Source of the DNA: Ophelia neglecta
Taxonomy: Eukaryota
Direction: 5' to 3'
NCBI GenBank assembly: GCA_965285935.1
Contig: OZ260663.1
Span: forward strand, 89,404,001-89,468,000
DNA length: 64,000 nucleotides
The first letter of the stretch is position 1, and each line of letters starts with the position of its first letter. Shown here one piece after another: positions 14,501 to 27,050 of this stretch. The notes under the pieces are model-generated. The model searched no databases. It was not told the origin of the DNA and saw nothing but the letters and a program-made list of their open reading frames with translations. The translations under genes were made by a program, and so were the position numbers.

Positions 14501-17500
14501 GAAGTGCATTTTTGAAAGGCTATCATTCTGGTATTTGCCCCGAATGACACGCTAAATGAAGTCTCGCAAATAATTTATTTCTTTTTAATGCACTATTATT
14601 GGCAGAGACGCAAAGCATATAGCATGTTTCAAAATTCTGCAACCACAGAAACCTGGATGAATTTAGAAACGTTGTTAGCAAAATTTGGAAATTAACAAAC
14701 CTGTGCAAGTAAACCCGCTCCCATCATAGCCGGGTTGGCATGTACAGTAGTATCCTCCTGGGGCATTCTCACATTTTGCGTTGGTATCACAATAATTGGT
14801 AGTCTCACTGGCGCACTCGTTGATATCTGAACATTATCCGACCATTATTATTTGGGTATTTTATATGTTAACTATGGCATATATAATTACAATGTCAACA
14901 TTATAATGACAAAGATAATTCTAAGAAGTGTGTAATGAGGCCGAACATCAATCTAAATTGGTCATTTCTTAACACGTTCATTGCACATAATATGATAACA
15001 ATTCATTTCATCCCAATGTCGGCAAAATTTGCCTGGAAAACATTGCTATTTATGTTTCATTAAAATATCACCCACCAATACAGGAGCTCGGACCTTCTGC
15101 CACAAATCCTAGATTGCACTGACATGCGAATGAACCAGGAATGTTCCCGCAGGTGGCATCTTGTGGGCATGGATTTGGATCAGAAGCGCACTCGTCTATG
15201 TCTGGAGAGGGTAAACACTGATGAGCAATTACATTATTTAAGCAATGTCCATTTAATGTAAAGTGAATAAAAACGTATAAACTCATTACACGTCTTGGTC
15301 CTGTTGTTAATGCATCCTGAACATAATTTACCTATTGTCTTACCATTGTTGATATATTAACGGTTGCAAAAGTTACTTGCATATGTATAAATAATAATTT
15401 GTGAAATAAAAATACTAGTTACTTAATTTAACCAGAAAGCTATGCTTAAAATCGAATTGTTTGGTATAGTAGGGACTAGATAGATATCTTAGTTTTAAAA
15501 AAATGTTTACTCACTTTGTTGTCTTTGAAAGTTAAAATGATGTATCTTTAATTGATCAATGCAGTGGTTGTACAAATACTGCCTAGCTTATAAGGCAATA
15601 TGCTACGTTATTGGCAAAAAGCTAGTCGGATCACTCAGAGGCGCTAGTCCGATAGTAAAAATTGCTTGCTGAATATCAATAGCTCATAACACATAATGTT
15701 TTTAGATGGAACGTCAATGGCAAAACCCACGCTATTTTCTAGATGCGTGTTATACATGTTTCCCATTAAAATACGTAAACTGTATTTGAAAGTGTCGAGT
15801 ACAAAACAAACATATGATCACTTTGATACATTAATAATCCTTTTGATACAATTAACCTACCCAGGTGGCCTTTTAAACTCTTGGGTCCGATATGCCACAT
15901 TACATGTTGCCATTTAAAAGCATAACTTTATGTCCAGTCTTAAGGCACTTAGCTTTAAACTATGCGGCACATCACATAGCAGTGATTTCCGCAGCCAGAA
16001 CATTAGAATTTGTTATTGATTAGCAAGTACAGTTTGAGTTGAAAGCATTCAATAAATTTACTTCCAGTCAAGGTTACAAAGAACAACTGACCATTCTGAC
16101 AGTCAGACCCGGTGTATCCTTTCGGGCAGGAGCACAAATATCCTATCAATGTATTAGTGCAGTTCCCGCCATTTTTGCATGGCTTCCCACTGCAGAAATT
16201 AATATCTAAAAATTAAAAGAACATGTATATATAAACATATATAAATACGATTAACTGTACTTGAATGTGACACTAATAACTGTCATCAGAAAAATGATCC
16301 ATATACCGACTAAGCATGGAAAAAAATCTCATTTAATACCACATGTTTCATACTTTAAAATATGATATGCAAAATGTCACTATTGCATGATAATCACTAA
16401 GTACAATTGTATATGTTATCGTTATAATGCATTGTCTATTTATAATAGTTCTAAGTATGAATTGACCGAATGAACAATACGATGCTGCACTATCTTAATG
16501 GAGTGCAGTATGTTGTGACAGGACCAATAATCATTATTATTGGACATTATTTTAACAATTGTTGCTTTATACTTTTCTATCAACGTGATTAAAGTTACGA
16601 TTATGTGATTTATGGGTGCTGGTTCCTTGTAAAATTCGACCCATTTTGGCTCGTCTCGCTACTAGTCTTTTTTTGTTATTATTTTAAACAACTATGCCGA
16701 CTAACTCACTAGCTTCACATATATCTCCTCCGTAACCTGATTGACATGTACACGAGAAGCCGCCCTCGGTATTCAAGCAAGTGCCTCCATTCTGGCATGG
16801 ACTGCTGGCGCATTCGTTAATATCTGAAACAAGCCTGAATTGATATTGGTGCATCTTTAAATCATTTAAATCATTCTTATCATTTGATTATAAAGGTGCC
16901 TTTTTACAAACTACATAAATGATCAATCGATATGTAAGGTCTTATCGTTGGGCAGATAAAATTATTGCCTATATTTCATGATGTCGCATGCATCTAATTT
17001 TACTGGGATTGGTGAACGGCTACGTTCTACAAATACCGGTTTCACAGTCATTTCCGGTATACCCTGACGAACACGAACATGTGTGTCCGTCCGAAACGTC
17101 AGTACACGTGCCGTTGTGATGACATGGCTCGTCACTACATCTTAAACCTAAAATAGATAACATACCACATATTTACCGTTTATGAACAATTACATCACCG
17201 CTTACATAATAACCAAAAAGACTATACGTATGTACTCCCAGTGAAATAGGAACGATTTAACGCTTGGTTACACTTGCTTTTGGCATGTTGTTTTCCAATA
17301 TCCGAATCGCAATCAAAGAAACACTGTTGCTTAATTCTTAGCATGTGCAGCATAAACCGCAAGACAGATTATAAAAGTATTATGAATAGGGCGATGGTGT
17401 ATATTCGTGTATGTTAAACAATATTCATTTCCTCTACTCAGAAAAAGATTGAAATCCATCTGGCTTACCACAGCTTTGACTTGGGAACTCGTCACTGCTG

Positions 17501-20468
17501 TCGCCGCAAGAATTGAGTCCATCACATACTCGGGTTTGCCAGATGCAGAGCCCATTGTCACACTTAAACATTCGACTATCACAAGTGTGATTCACTGTAA
17601 TTACATATACGAATAAATTTAATACCATAAATTACATAAATTCTTCAACTGTTTACGCTGCACTTTTCCGTCAACATAAATAACGGTGGATCCCTCCTCA
17701 AAGCAAGTGCAGTCTTTAACTGGGTGAAAACAATGGCAACTAGAATCCTCACAAGAACAATCTAAAGGAGAGTTTTCGATCGTATTTTGAATCTCCTCGA
17801 GCCTGATGAAATCCTAAATGAAATTCCAAGTCTCCAAGGCGAGTATTAAGATAAATTGGTGGAACATGTAGCCGTCAATTTGAAAATGCCCGTTTTAACC
17901 TGCAGAACCCTGGGTCAGTAATTCAGACACCAGGGCTTACGTGGCCCCCGTTTAAATAACAGAAAATCACAAGCTCTTACAAAGGCCACAAATCCAATCG
18001 TTAAGTGTATATTTATGATTATCTCACTAATGACAATGTTCACCTACGGCAGTTATATTTAGGAGCTTCATCGCCGTTGTCTCCGCAATCATTCCTTCCA
18101 TCACATAGCCGATTTTCCCAAACACATACTCCACTGCTACACCGAAAGTAATTAGGCGTACAGGTGTTGTTTTCTGCAAAAATGAAAATCTCGCATTAGA
18201 GTGATGGTTAATAAACTCGTTACGAAAACGAAGATGACACAATTTTCACATATCAAAATGTTCCTTGTATGGGAAGAAACTAGAAAATTGGCTTAAACTT
18301 TGCAGTGATTTAAGTGCAAGCGGCATATGAGTGCCTGGGGGCCTGGGTCCTGTTTAAGAAAGAAAGTAAGCATGTAGTATCTTATTAATGTGTTTATTAG
18401 TGTTGATTCCGTTTTCATAAACGACAATCTGCGGCCTAAGTTAGACGCCTGCTCAATAGGTGGTATATGGATTTAACGTCCGGCTTATACAGTGACAAGG
18501 ATAACGGCAGATGTTTATAAATAACATGTATGTAGGAAAAAACAGCATTGTTAATCTGACCTATATGTGTTCCGTGAATTAAAATGCGGTCTTTTTACAT
18601 AACATTAGCAACTTCTTAAGAAATAACCATGCTGCATTGTTCTGCCTGGTTATAACCACCCAAGCCTCTAAGAGCGAGTTTATAGTAAAATAATAAATAT
18701 AATGAAGATACAGTCCTATCACTTATTATCAAATTGTTCAAGGAGTTCTAGTGTTGACTCAATAAATATTACTTTTAATAGCTGGTGACTTACGGCAGTT
18801 GTATTTTGGGGGCTCATCACTGTTGTCTCTACAATTGTTTTGTCCATCGCACAACTGGGTGTTGTAGATACATCGTGCATTCTCGCATTTAAACATGCCA
18901 ACAGCGCAGGTGTGGGCAACTGAAAAACAGATGCTGTTAGATACATTCACTGAAAATGGAAGAGCTCTCCGTGTGAGCCGAATATTAAAGTATAAGAGAT
19001 GCTGATAGAGGCAACCACAACCATAGAGATTTGTAAAATTGGTCTATGGTTATGATCAGGTCTAAAATAATACTCTACTGTTGAAACATGACATTGACTA
19101 TGGGCTTTATTTGGAAAACTATCATGCTTGCCAAAATAGCTACCCAAACCTGTGGATAGTATCGTAGAGGTTTCTTACAGTATAGAACGCATACTATGAT
19201 CAAGCGTACCATATAGATCTGTGATTGGACATGCTTCAACGGTAAGGATATAATCTTGGAAAGTTACACGCCGGAAACTAGCCAAAACGGAGATCAAAAA
19301 TGAATATATTTAATCGGTTGGACATCATCAGAAAGTTGATTATATATTAATAATTTAGCGCCAATAAATAAACCTGCTGACGACTTACCACAGTCCACAC
19401 TGGGGCTCTCATCACTGCTGTCTCCACAACTGTTGAATCCATTGCATACATCATGTGGTGACACACAGCGGTCATTAGCACACTTAAACCAACCGGAAAG
19501 GCAAGTGGTGCCTCCTAAAATAGCATTTAAGAATACATACATCACTTGAATAAAGCAAGACTGATACACAGGAGGGGAAACTATCTACAACAGTAGTGTA
19601 AATGTGATACTGACACATTGCCTATTAACATTTACAGCATGTCTGATAAGTAAATGTATTGATGTATGTTTATGCAAAGATGCGCGTTATTTGGCGTATT
19701 ATATATACCTCATTCAAATGGTAACTCCATGTATATTTTTGTAGTTGTACCGTGCGGGAATAGAAACAAATCATGAAGTTTGTTAGGGGTGTCTTTCTCC
19801 TGGTATCACTTTTCCAAGCCTGTATTTACTAAAGTGTCTTTATGGCCGAGTCCATAATGACGAGGAAAGGAAATTCAAAATCCGGCAAGCATAACCAGTA
19901 CTAGTGTCTCGATTGTGAGCCTCTATAGCGGTCAAAATTCTAGAGACAGGCAGTCGCGGGTCGTCTCAAGGAGATGTCACTTTTCCGCATTGTTCAGTAT
20001 TCTCCCTTTTAGACCTTTTTTTAGTATGGTTCAATGCGATAAGGTAAAGAAAATTAATACACACATGAAAAAGTTGAATTTATTTTTTGAATATGCACGT
20101 TCACGCAGCAGTTTTCTTTTGGAAGGACTGTGGTACTGACTTAATGGTCTGTTCCACAAATAGCAGTCTTTTGTAGTCTTATGAGACACCCCCCCCCCCC
20201 TTTTACCCCGAAGGGTTCGGAGACCTGACTGCACCCTTCCTTCTTACGTCTGCTTATGCCACCGCACTATCCTTGACTTGACCTTATTAAATCCTTTTGT
20301 GATTTGCTGTGTTAAAGAACAACTGATATTTCCTTTAGTCCTAGACTAGGTCAGGTCATAGTGTTCTTTTAAGCAATTAACTAACTACCTACCGTTTACC
20401 TGTGCAGCAAGCAAATTCAATACCGCCGACGTGACAATGAATCTCAGTGTAAAATTCTTAGGCATCAT
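295..20468 (-). CDS. Large mucin-like (MUC4/SUSD2-type NIDO-AMOP-VWD) extracellular protein; 29 coding exons in window, 3' end lies beyond the window start
   Basis: Hand-assembled GT-AG exons with consistent phases, in transcript order: 20468-20393, 19514-19389, 18919-18794, 18173-18048, 17594-17469, 17147-17037, 16823-16710, 16205-16092, 15201-15076, 14826-14701, 13394-13275, 12963-12838, 12072-11959, 11624-9621, 9425-9291, 8632-8489, 8273-8130, 7706-7585, 7414-7241, 6921-6745, 6514-5767, 5627-5394, 5062-4826, 4170-4054, 3220-3072, 2866-2716, 2543-2257, 1665-1425, 411-295. Total 6712 nt (~2237 aa), ending in phase 1. Domain motifs recognised from the translation. Confidence 0.9.
2716..5627 (-). 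CDS. von Willebrand factor D domain and following Cys-containing segment
   Basis: [23 protein letters not shown] (VWD start); [13 protein letters not shown]...YKYGETW; downstream CYFDY motif. Exons 5627-5394, 5062-4826, 4170-4054, 3220-3072, 2866-2716. Confidence 0.88.
5767..7706 (-). CDS. NIDO and AMOP domain exons
   Basis: NIDO motifs [27 protein letters not shown]...[11 protein letters not shown]-like CADW...CPCDRTQ...CCYDMNG in the 748-nt exon 6514-5767. Confidence 0.85.
8130..9425 (-). CDS. Three EGF/EGF_CA exons following the mucin domain
   Basis: 9425-9291 ([17 protein letters not shown]...), 8632-8489 ([11 protein letters not shown]...), 8273-8130 ([11 protein letters not shown]...). 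Confidence 0.88.
9621..11624 (-). CDS. Single 2004-nt Thr/Ser/Pro-rich mucin (PTS) exon
   Basis: ORF 9595-11679. Acceptor atcgcag|GA at 11624, donor A|gtatgc at 9621. 668 Cys-free, Thr-dominated codons. Confidence 0.9.
11959..17147 (-). CDS. Eight EGF / Ca-binding EGF exons (phase 1-1)
   Basis: Exons of 111-126 nt, most starting D-I-(N/D)-E-C, with EGF six-Cys spacing, e.g. [31 protein letters not shown]. Confidence 0.9.
17469..19514 (-). CDS. Four LDL-receptor class A exons (126 nt each, phase 1-1)
   Basis: 19514-19389 [32 protein letters not shown]; 18919-18794 [32 protein letters not shown]; 18173-18048 [32 protein letters not shown]; 17594-17469 [32 protein letters not shown]. All have the six-Cys pattern and C-x-D-x-(S/G)-D-E signature. 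Confidence 0.92.
20393..20468 (-). CDS. First coding exon of the mucin-like gene; signal peptide
   Basis: ttcttgcag|ATG ATG... encodes [25 protein letters not shown](G), with a basic N-terminus and hydrophobic core. Phase-1 donor G|gtaggt fits the next LDLa exon. Confidence 0.75.
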
Positions 20469-23092
20469 CTGCAAGAACGAAAAAAGCAATCATTCAACCA
20501 ACAATTCGTCAATATACATGTGGCTATTTCACATCTTGTCATCATTTCTTATGTATCATTCCTCAATTTCTTGCAAATGTTGCACTCACGCACATACACG
20601 CCTATTTGAGGATTTGTTTAACATGGGAACCTTACACAAGTCAGGTATTCAATTTCATTTCAAACCAATTTCGAATTTTTATGTGTTAATGCTATATTAT
20701 TGCAAAAAGAGGCTTGGTGTCCAGAATGAATTTGTTTGAAAAGAGATGGCACGTGTTTGGGATAAATGTTTAGTCCCTCAAGGCATCCACTCCACGTTTT
20801 AACTATCTGCACCGAAAGTCGGTAGCGGACAAATACCTAATATATAACCAAAGGGAATACCCCTCCCCCCCCCCCAGTCATTTGGTAGGTATATGAATCC
20901 TTTTATGTAGTGTCATTCAACACTCGCGAACTGTAAATATACTTTGACTTTATTGCATAGCATGACAATTCTAACCGGTTTTAGCAGCATTTCTGGTACG
21001 TTACAAAAATAAAACATTAACACATGAACACTACTTTTTTGGTCAATGTTGAATACAATGGAGAGCGTGACGGTATGCAGTTCGAGCCAAGCCAAGCTTA
21101 CTCGGACTTGTTAAAGAAACAGTCCGTATTGGCATTTAAACTGGTTACATACAAGTGTTAATTCCAGTCGGTTAGTTTTTTTCGGCTTGATTTGCCACCG
21201 AAAGTTATTGCCCGCAAAGCAACCAACGTTGTTTTGTTTTGCCTTTTTTAAGTTGATATGGCAATCGTAACATTACAACTAAATTTAATTACCTGATGGC
21301 GGAATGAATGCTATGCTGATTGGGCATTCCCATTGCCAATATGGCAAATGAATAAATCTAGACTGCCAATCCAAACAGAGGTTATACTATGTCTACGCAG
21401 CCAAATGCGTTTTAGCGTATAGAATTCAATTAAAGCAAATAAACCATAAGCCAGGCAGATTTCAGACCACGGCAGTTCATACAGCAGGTGTATAATTGGT
21501 ATCAAATTTTCGGCTGGTCTCAATGTGACATTTTCTTGACAAAGCCAACAGTGCTATCCCTACATTTACTTTATTAGTGGTAAATTATCTTGGACGCTGG
21601 ACCTGGCTATAACACAGAGCTTGATTATGTAGTCAGATAAAATAAATTTAAAATTAAACAACGGAGGTTTGTTCAAAGCTACATACACGGGTGCACAGTG
21701 TAGATTTAACTGAAGACATTGTTATATGCAAAACGCTGGTTACACGTAATATAACTAGGTATTAGCTTAACTCTGTGAGTGTGGCTTACATTAAAAAACG
21801 GAAAGGTTATCTGGCAGACAATGCATAATCGTCAATCAAGTAATTATATATTAGTTTGGTTCCAATTCACCAAGAATTGTCATGTTCAGACCCACAAATA
21901 CCAGGGCACTTTTCCCGACATGCATCTAATACTATAACGTATTACATGAAGTTAGATGATAATAATTTAAGTTGATGTAATTGGCAATGTGAAAAAACGG
22001 GAATGTATTCCCGGCAGAAAAGGCAAATTATTAGACACGAAAGTCCATTATATAAGTCCGAAATCATCCGGAATCATATACACATCAATAAATTAATCTC
22101 CAGTTCGCGGTTAGTAAATAAACATGTAATGCAATAATATGGCAACTAAAAGGAAAAAAGAACTAACTGGGTATGTTTTGTGTGTGTGAAGGAAGACTTA
22201 AAATCAAGTGAAATTTTATAAATTGTACATGTTTTACAAACTCTGTAGTTGGAAAAGGAAATGGACTTTGGGGACCTGGAGGACTTTGAAGGATTTGCGA
22301 GGTATGTTGCAGCTAACTCGTGTCCCCAAATCAAGCCAGCCACCTCGTCGGGTTGGTTTGGGAATCACCAAGGCAGACGAAGAACCCCTAGAGAGTCTCC
22401 TCTTTTCTTTAATTTTATTCATCGTTGTTTGGTGTTGTTGCCCTCGGTGCCAGAGGGTTGGCCTAGAATCATGCATCTGATGTGCACCACCCAAGTGCGG
22501 GTATTGGTTGACACTTAATGAAGTCAAATGTACTTGGTTAAAGTGAAGATTAAAGCACTATATACCCAATAGTGCAATGACATATATATTTTTCCAAATG
22601 AACCAGTCATGGTTTTATTTTGGCCGATTAGCAGCATACTTAGGCATCATAAGGCAAGAAACTTATGCACGTGACCTCTAGCATGAGTGTGACTGTAAAA
22701 TAGTTCACCCCTAAACAGCGCTGAATTTTTCTGCATAGGAGATAACTAGTATTGCACCTAAAGAAAATAATACGTTGGTTTCAAAGCGAAACCTACATTA
22801 TATTTTATCACATTTTCAATAGATTAGTGTTATTTTAACTACAATAACTCTGAGACATTTCAGAAGTTTATTCGATGACATACTGTCAATCAGGCCATTT
22901 TTGTAACAGAACATTGGAGGGTAATTTCGGATATCTTCGTGAAACGTTTAATTTCGCGCAGTAAGTAACTTTATCATGGACACTGACAGCGCGGATTCAA
23001 ACGAAAAGTAATGTCAGGCTTAAGGCTTATTTTCATATATGATTAATTTGAGTTGTTATGTTCTCTGTTTTCTATGAAAACTATATACTTAC

Positions 23093-23338
23093 CTCGAGAT
23101 AACTTCCACTTTTATCGGATCTCGTCGCTTGAAGACGCTTTATGGTCGATTAAGCAAGTATTTAGAAACGATGTTTTTTTAATCGTGGCTGCGATACCAT
23201 GTTATGTACGTTCAGTAGACTTGCGTGTGCTTGTGATCCAGGCTTTGATTAGAAAACAATGTATAAATGCAAAACTTGATTTCTATGGCACTACGGGTTA
23301 GACATGTGATTTGTCTCTAAGCAACTGCTGTTTATATA
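23093..23338 (-). promoter_or_regulatory. Candidate TATA box and non-coding first exon of the mucin-like gene
   Basis: TATATAAA at 23338-23331 (minus) and a strong donor GAG|gtaagt at 23093. The ATG exon at 20468 is directly preceded by an acceptor, so an upstream UTR exon is expected. Confidence 0.45.
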
Positions 23339-23708
23339 CATTACACAATCAATCGATTGCCCCCCTACAGAAAGCCAGGAACTGTGTAACCCCATAACTC
23401 TGACATCAACTTGTACCGGAATGACGGCTAGTAGACGCTTGGCTTCAGGAAGTCGGACTGGACTCATGCCAAATACCTTAAATCAAATAATTATTAATTC
23501 AGACACAATTACTCAGTTATATCTTACAAACCCAAGGATAGAATGAGACAGTCTTCTGTTGCATACATAATTTCGGCACTGATAGCGTGAATTGTTGAGG
23601 AAAATGGGGGCAACAAAAAAACAACAAGGGCACTCAATCATCGAAAATAATAACTAAAAACACATGTCAAAGTAACTAACCACTAACGTAATATATAGGT
23701 GTACGTAC

Positions 23709-24415
23709 CCATATAGTGCATCCCTTGACCAGACTGTCCCTTGGACCCAACCATTGTGTAAAATACCCGTATTTGGACACGGTGACACAATGACCAGATT
23801 TCGAGATAGAAGCCCTAGTGCACTAAAATATTTAGATCGGTGTTTCAACACCGCCTATGGATTTACGCGCCATTAATTACAGGAAAACATTCATAGCAAT
23901 TAGCCGTCAACCCCATAAACATGCTGCGATCGTTCACAACGAACACTGCCAGATCGAATACAGCTCTTGTTTCATTGGCATTGCACACGTTGGCTGCCGT
24001 CGTTTGTGGTGTTTGAGTTACGAGTAAAAACGGGAGAGAGCAAAGGTTGTCAACTAGAAGACTCAAGGTGTTGCTAAAGCAAAAGACATTATAGTTGTGC
24101 ACTTAAAATTCGTAAAAAGATGCTCGGCATTGGGCAAATTAGATGTCTTGTATGTTGGGTTATTTCAGACCAAACCAGCAGCGCTGTTTTTGGTAGCTGA
24201 GATGGAACGTTCGTTGAATCGATGATCTCATATATACCAATGTCTGGTACAAGGATATTCAAATCACTCATTACTTATACCGGTTTTTTGTTTTGCAGTA
24301 CGGTAATTGGCAAATGTTTGGCTTCTGAAACCAGTCCTGATGCTTCGCTCCATTGCTTCGAGGCCCATGTTATTGAGTACGAGCTCTAGGAGACAACAGA
24401 GTTGATTTACTTGGA
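23709..24415 (-). pseudogene. Possible relic exons (sushi/CCP-like and VWA-like fragments)
   Basis: CPNTGILHNGWVQGTVW resembles a CCP start; CNANETRAVFDLAVFVVNDRSM resembles a VWA first strand; an open ag/gt-bounded stretch lies at ~24415-24281. Splice sites are degenerate. Confidence 0.25.
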
Positions 24416-24699
24416 AGCCGTCGGGCCTAGGAGCAAATCAATTCTAAGACTAAGGTCTTGCACAGCGAGTACTTTGCAGAGATTAGCAATCGGTCAACAA
24501 GGCAAGTTGTGCATATCAAGAACTTACACGTGGACAGCATTTGTAAAGCTTCTTTTTTTATGGCAACATTTATGATGTAGACACTGCATCCGAGGCAGGG
24601 TTTTTCATCGGGGAAGGAGAGGTTAGAGGGGAAGGAGCTTGTGGCGCCCGCGATGTAGATAGCTGTTCCAGCGAGAAAGAAAGATCTCCATCTTCATCA

Positions 24700-26330
24700 T
24701 TTCGTGTTTCCTCAATCTAGTGACACTGCTGACCCTGTATGGGTCAGACCGAACGAACTTATTAAATCAGGGCTCATTCTTAAAGACACGATATTGTTCA
24801 AATACTTAAATGATGTTACGCATATATTAGTTGATCCCTTTCATCATTATGATAAAGATGTACATGTAGTTGAATTCTTCCAATCAGTGTAGTATCTAGG
24901 CGAAAGAGAACGGTAAACTACATTCGGGGTCCTATGTGGCAGGGTTGGGGCCGAGGGGGAGGGAAAAATCCACTTGATGCTAGAATGAACTTAGGAGACC
25001 CATCTGTATCTAAGGTCCAGTCATCATCAGCTGGCAACACTAAAAATAGTGCCATTATCAAACAATGGTTTTGTAATATTCTTAACCTTGCAAACCATTA
25101 TACTTTTAAAGTTACACCACTGAATTATTCTGATATTGTGAGTTCCTCATCATACAGTCTAGGTCATTGAAACTTAGGATTCCCCCAAGTGACATCAGGA
25201 TCGGTGACTCCGACATCCATCCCTCTGACTCAGCCAGAAATATAGGGGTACTTGTTCAGTCAGATGGGTTTTTGGATAAGCAAATTGCACTGGTTTGCAG
25301 GACTGCCTTCATGCACCTAAGAAACATTTCTCGAATCAAGAAGTATCTCACGCATGACGCTCTGCTTACCATAATACATGCCTTCGTGACGTCGAAACTT
25401 GACAACCTAAACTCCCTCTACGGAGGTCTCCCGGAGTGTCATATAAATAAGCTGCAGAGGGTACTTAATGCTGCTGCACGATTGGTCACCGGCACGCCAT
25501 ACCGTAGCCATATCACTCCCATTCTCAAGGAGTTACATTGGCTTCCCATTGGGTTCAGAATTAAGTTCAAAATTTGTCTCTTTACCAACAAAATTCTGAA
25601 TGGCCAAGCCCCAAGGTACCTGAATGATTTAGTCACCCCTTACATTGCCCCAAGACACGTACGATCCAAGGACAAGGGTATCCTGGTAGTTCCACGCGTG
25701 AGAACACGCATGTATGGCGAGAGACGTTTTTCTTTTTTGGCTCCCTCATTGTGGAATGATCTCCCCTCTAACGTGAAGAACAGTCCTTCAATTGATGTGT
25801 TCAAGTCTCGGTTAAAGACAGTCTTCTACTGTCAGTCTTTTAATGATTAACGTCGCATTATAAAATTTCCTGGTCTTGTGTTTTATATGCTTTGTAACCT
25901 CTACGGTTAATGTTTGTTTTAAATGTTGCTAAATGCAAATTTTAAATTCTATGAGTATTTATCCGGTGTGGCTCTGTTGTATATCACATAGTCATGTACT
26001 GTTTCTTCATCTCTGTGTGTATAATGATATGTATCATTGTAAAGCGCTGTTGAGCAGGCACCTGAAAATGGCGCTATATCAAGTGTAAATAAATAATAAT
26101 AATAATAATGTTTGCATGTGTTTTGCAAAATGATGGAAGTCCTCTTAATCCAGTTATTGCGTTTCATGACCAGCAACATGTATGTGTAGGCTTATTGGAG
26201 AACATTGGATTGCCCTTTATTAAGAACAATTCACATCCAACCCCGGAGATATTGAAAGCAAAAATAGTGACTATGCAAATGTTAATTTTCCCAATGGGGA
26301 ACATGGAACTTTCTCGGGTTAATAATCAAT
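24700..26330 (+). mobile_element. Decayed transposase-like ORF, split by a LINE insertion
   Basis: Frameshifted, stop-containing reading ...YDKDVHVVEFFQSV*YLG..RTVNYIRGPMWQGWGRG...SAIIKQW before the LINE resumes as QNDGSPLNPVIAFHDQQHVCVGL after the LINE tail. The DGxxLxPxxxFxxxxxxxVGL segment recalls P-element-type transposases (family assignment from memory). Confidence 0.45.
25150..26109 (+). mobile_element. 5'-truncated L2-like LINE (C-terminal part of ORF2, 3' UTR and (TAA)n tail)
   Basis: ORF 25167-25850 with ARNIGV, LRNISRIKKYL, IHAFVTSKLD, LQRVLNAAARLV, HITPILKELHWLPI, LWNDLP, FKSRLKT. 3' UTR ends gtaaagcgct...gcgctata...aataaataataataataataat. Confidence 0.9.
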
Positions 26331-27050
26331 ACAATTTGACTCCTAAACGGCACCTTACCTCATCATAGAAATTAGTTATGATGGAATGGGCCCGTGAGAA
26401 AGGAAAATGTGTGAGACAGCTTACGGCAACAGAACACAAAGTTCAAGGCTGGAACCCTCCCTTTGAACCTTTACAGCAAAGACCACAATCCCCCACCCCC
26501 CAAAAAAGTACATCTAGCGATCCAAGTGGCATTCCAGAACCAGGGGGTCCAACTCGTTTGGAAATTGCTGACCTCTTCAACCTCGGAAACCCAAATCATA
26601 ATTCATACATTAGAAACTGAACCAATACCACCATTTAAACCATTAAATTTTATGCGGCCAACAAGGAGTGTTCGGGTTGCTAGAATTTCTAAAAAATACC
26701 TGAAGTTAGCTCATATGACACTTACATGGGCTTGGATTATGATTTTGATTATAAAAAAGTACGATTCTGATAATGAATACACAACTCTGTTTCTATTTTT
26801 GTGAATCGGGATTTTGTTGTTTTAGTATCCGGGAACCGGGAACCAAATAATTCCCTGGGAAATGGGACATTTCAACATATTTCACTGGGAACTTTCAAAA
26901 CCGTGATCTGGGAACAACCCCCCCCCCCCCCCCCCCTCATCGTATTTGCTGGAGGTTCTCATTTCAATACGACATATACGTGTATGAAAGAGAGCTTCCG
27001 ATGATAAATAGTATTAGGCAAACATACTCACTCCTATTCCTATAGATGAA

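Noticed and set aside
22146-22527. Cluster of overlapping short ORFs
   Set aside because: No recognisable domain or splice structure; probably a TE remnant in the first intron.
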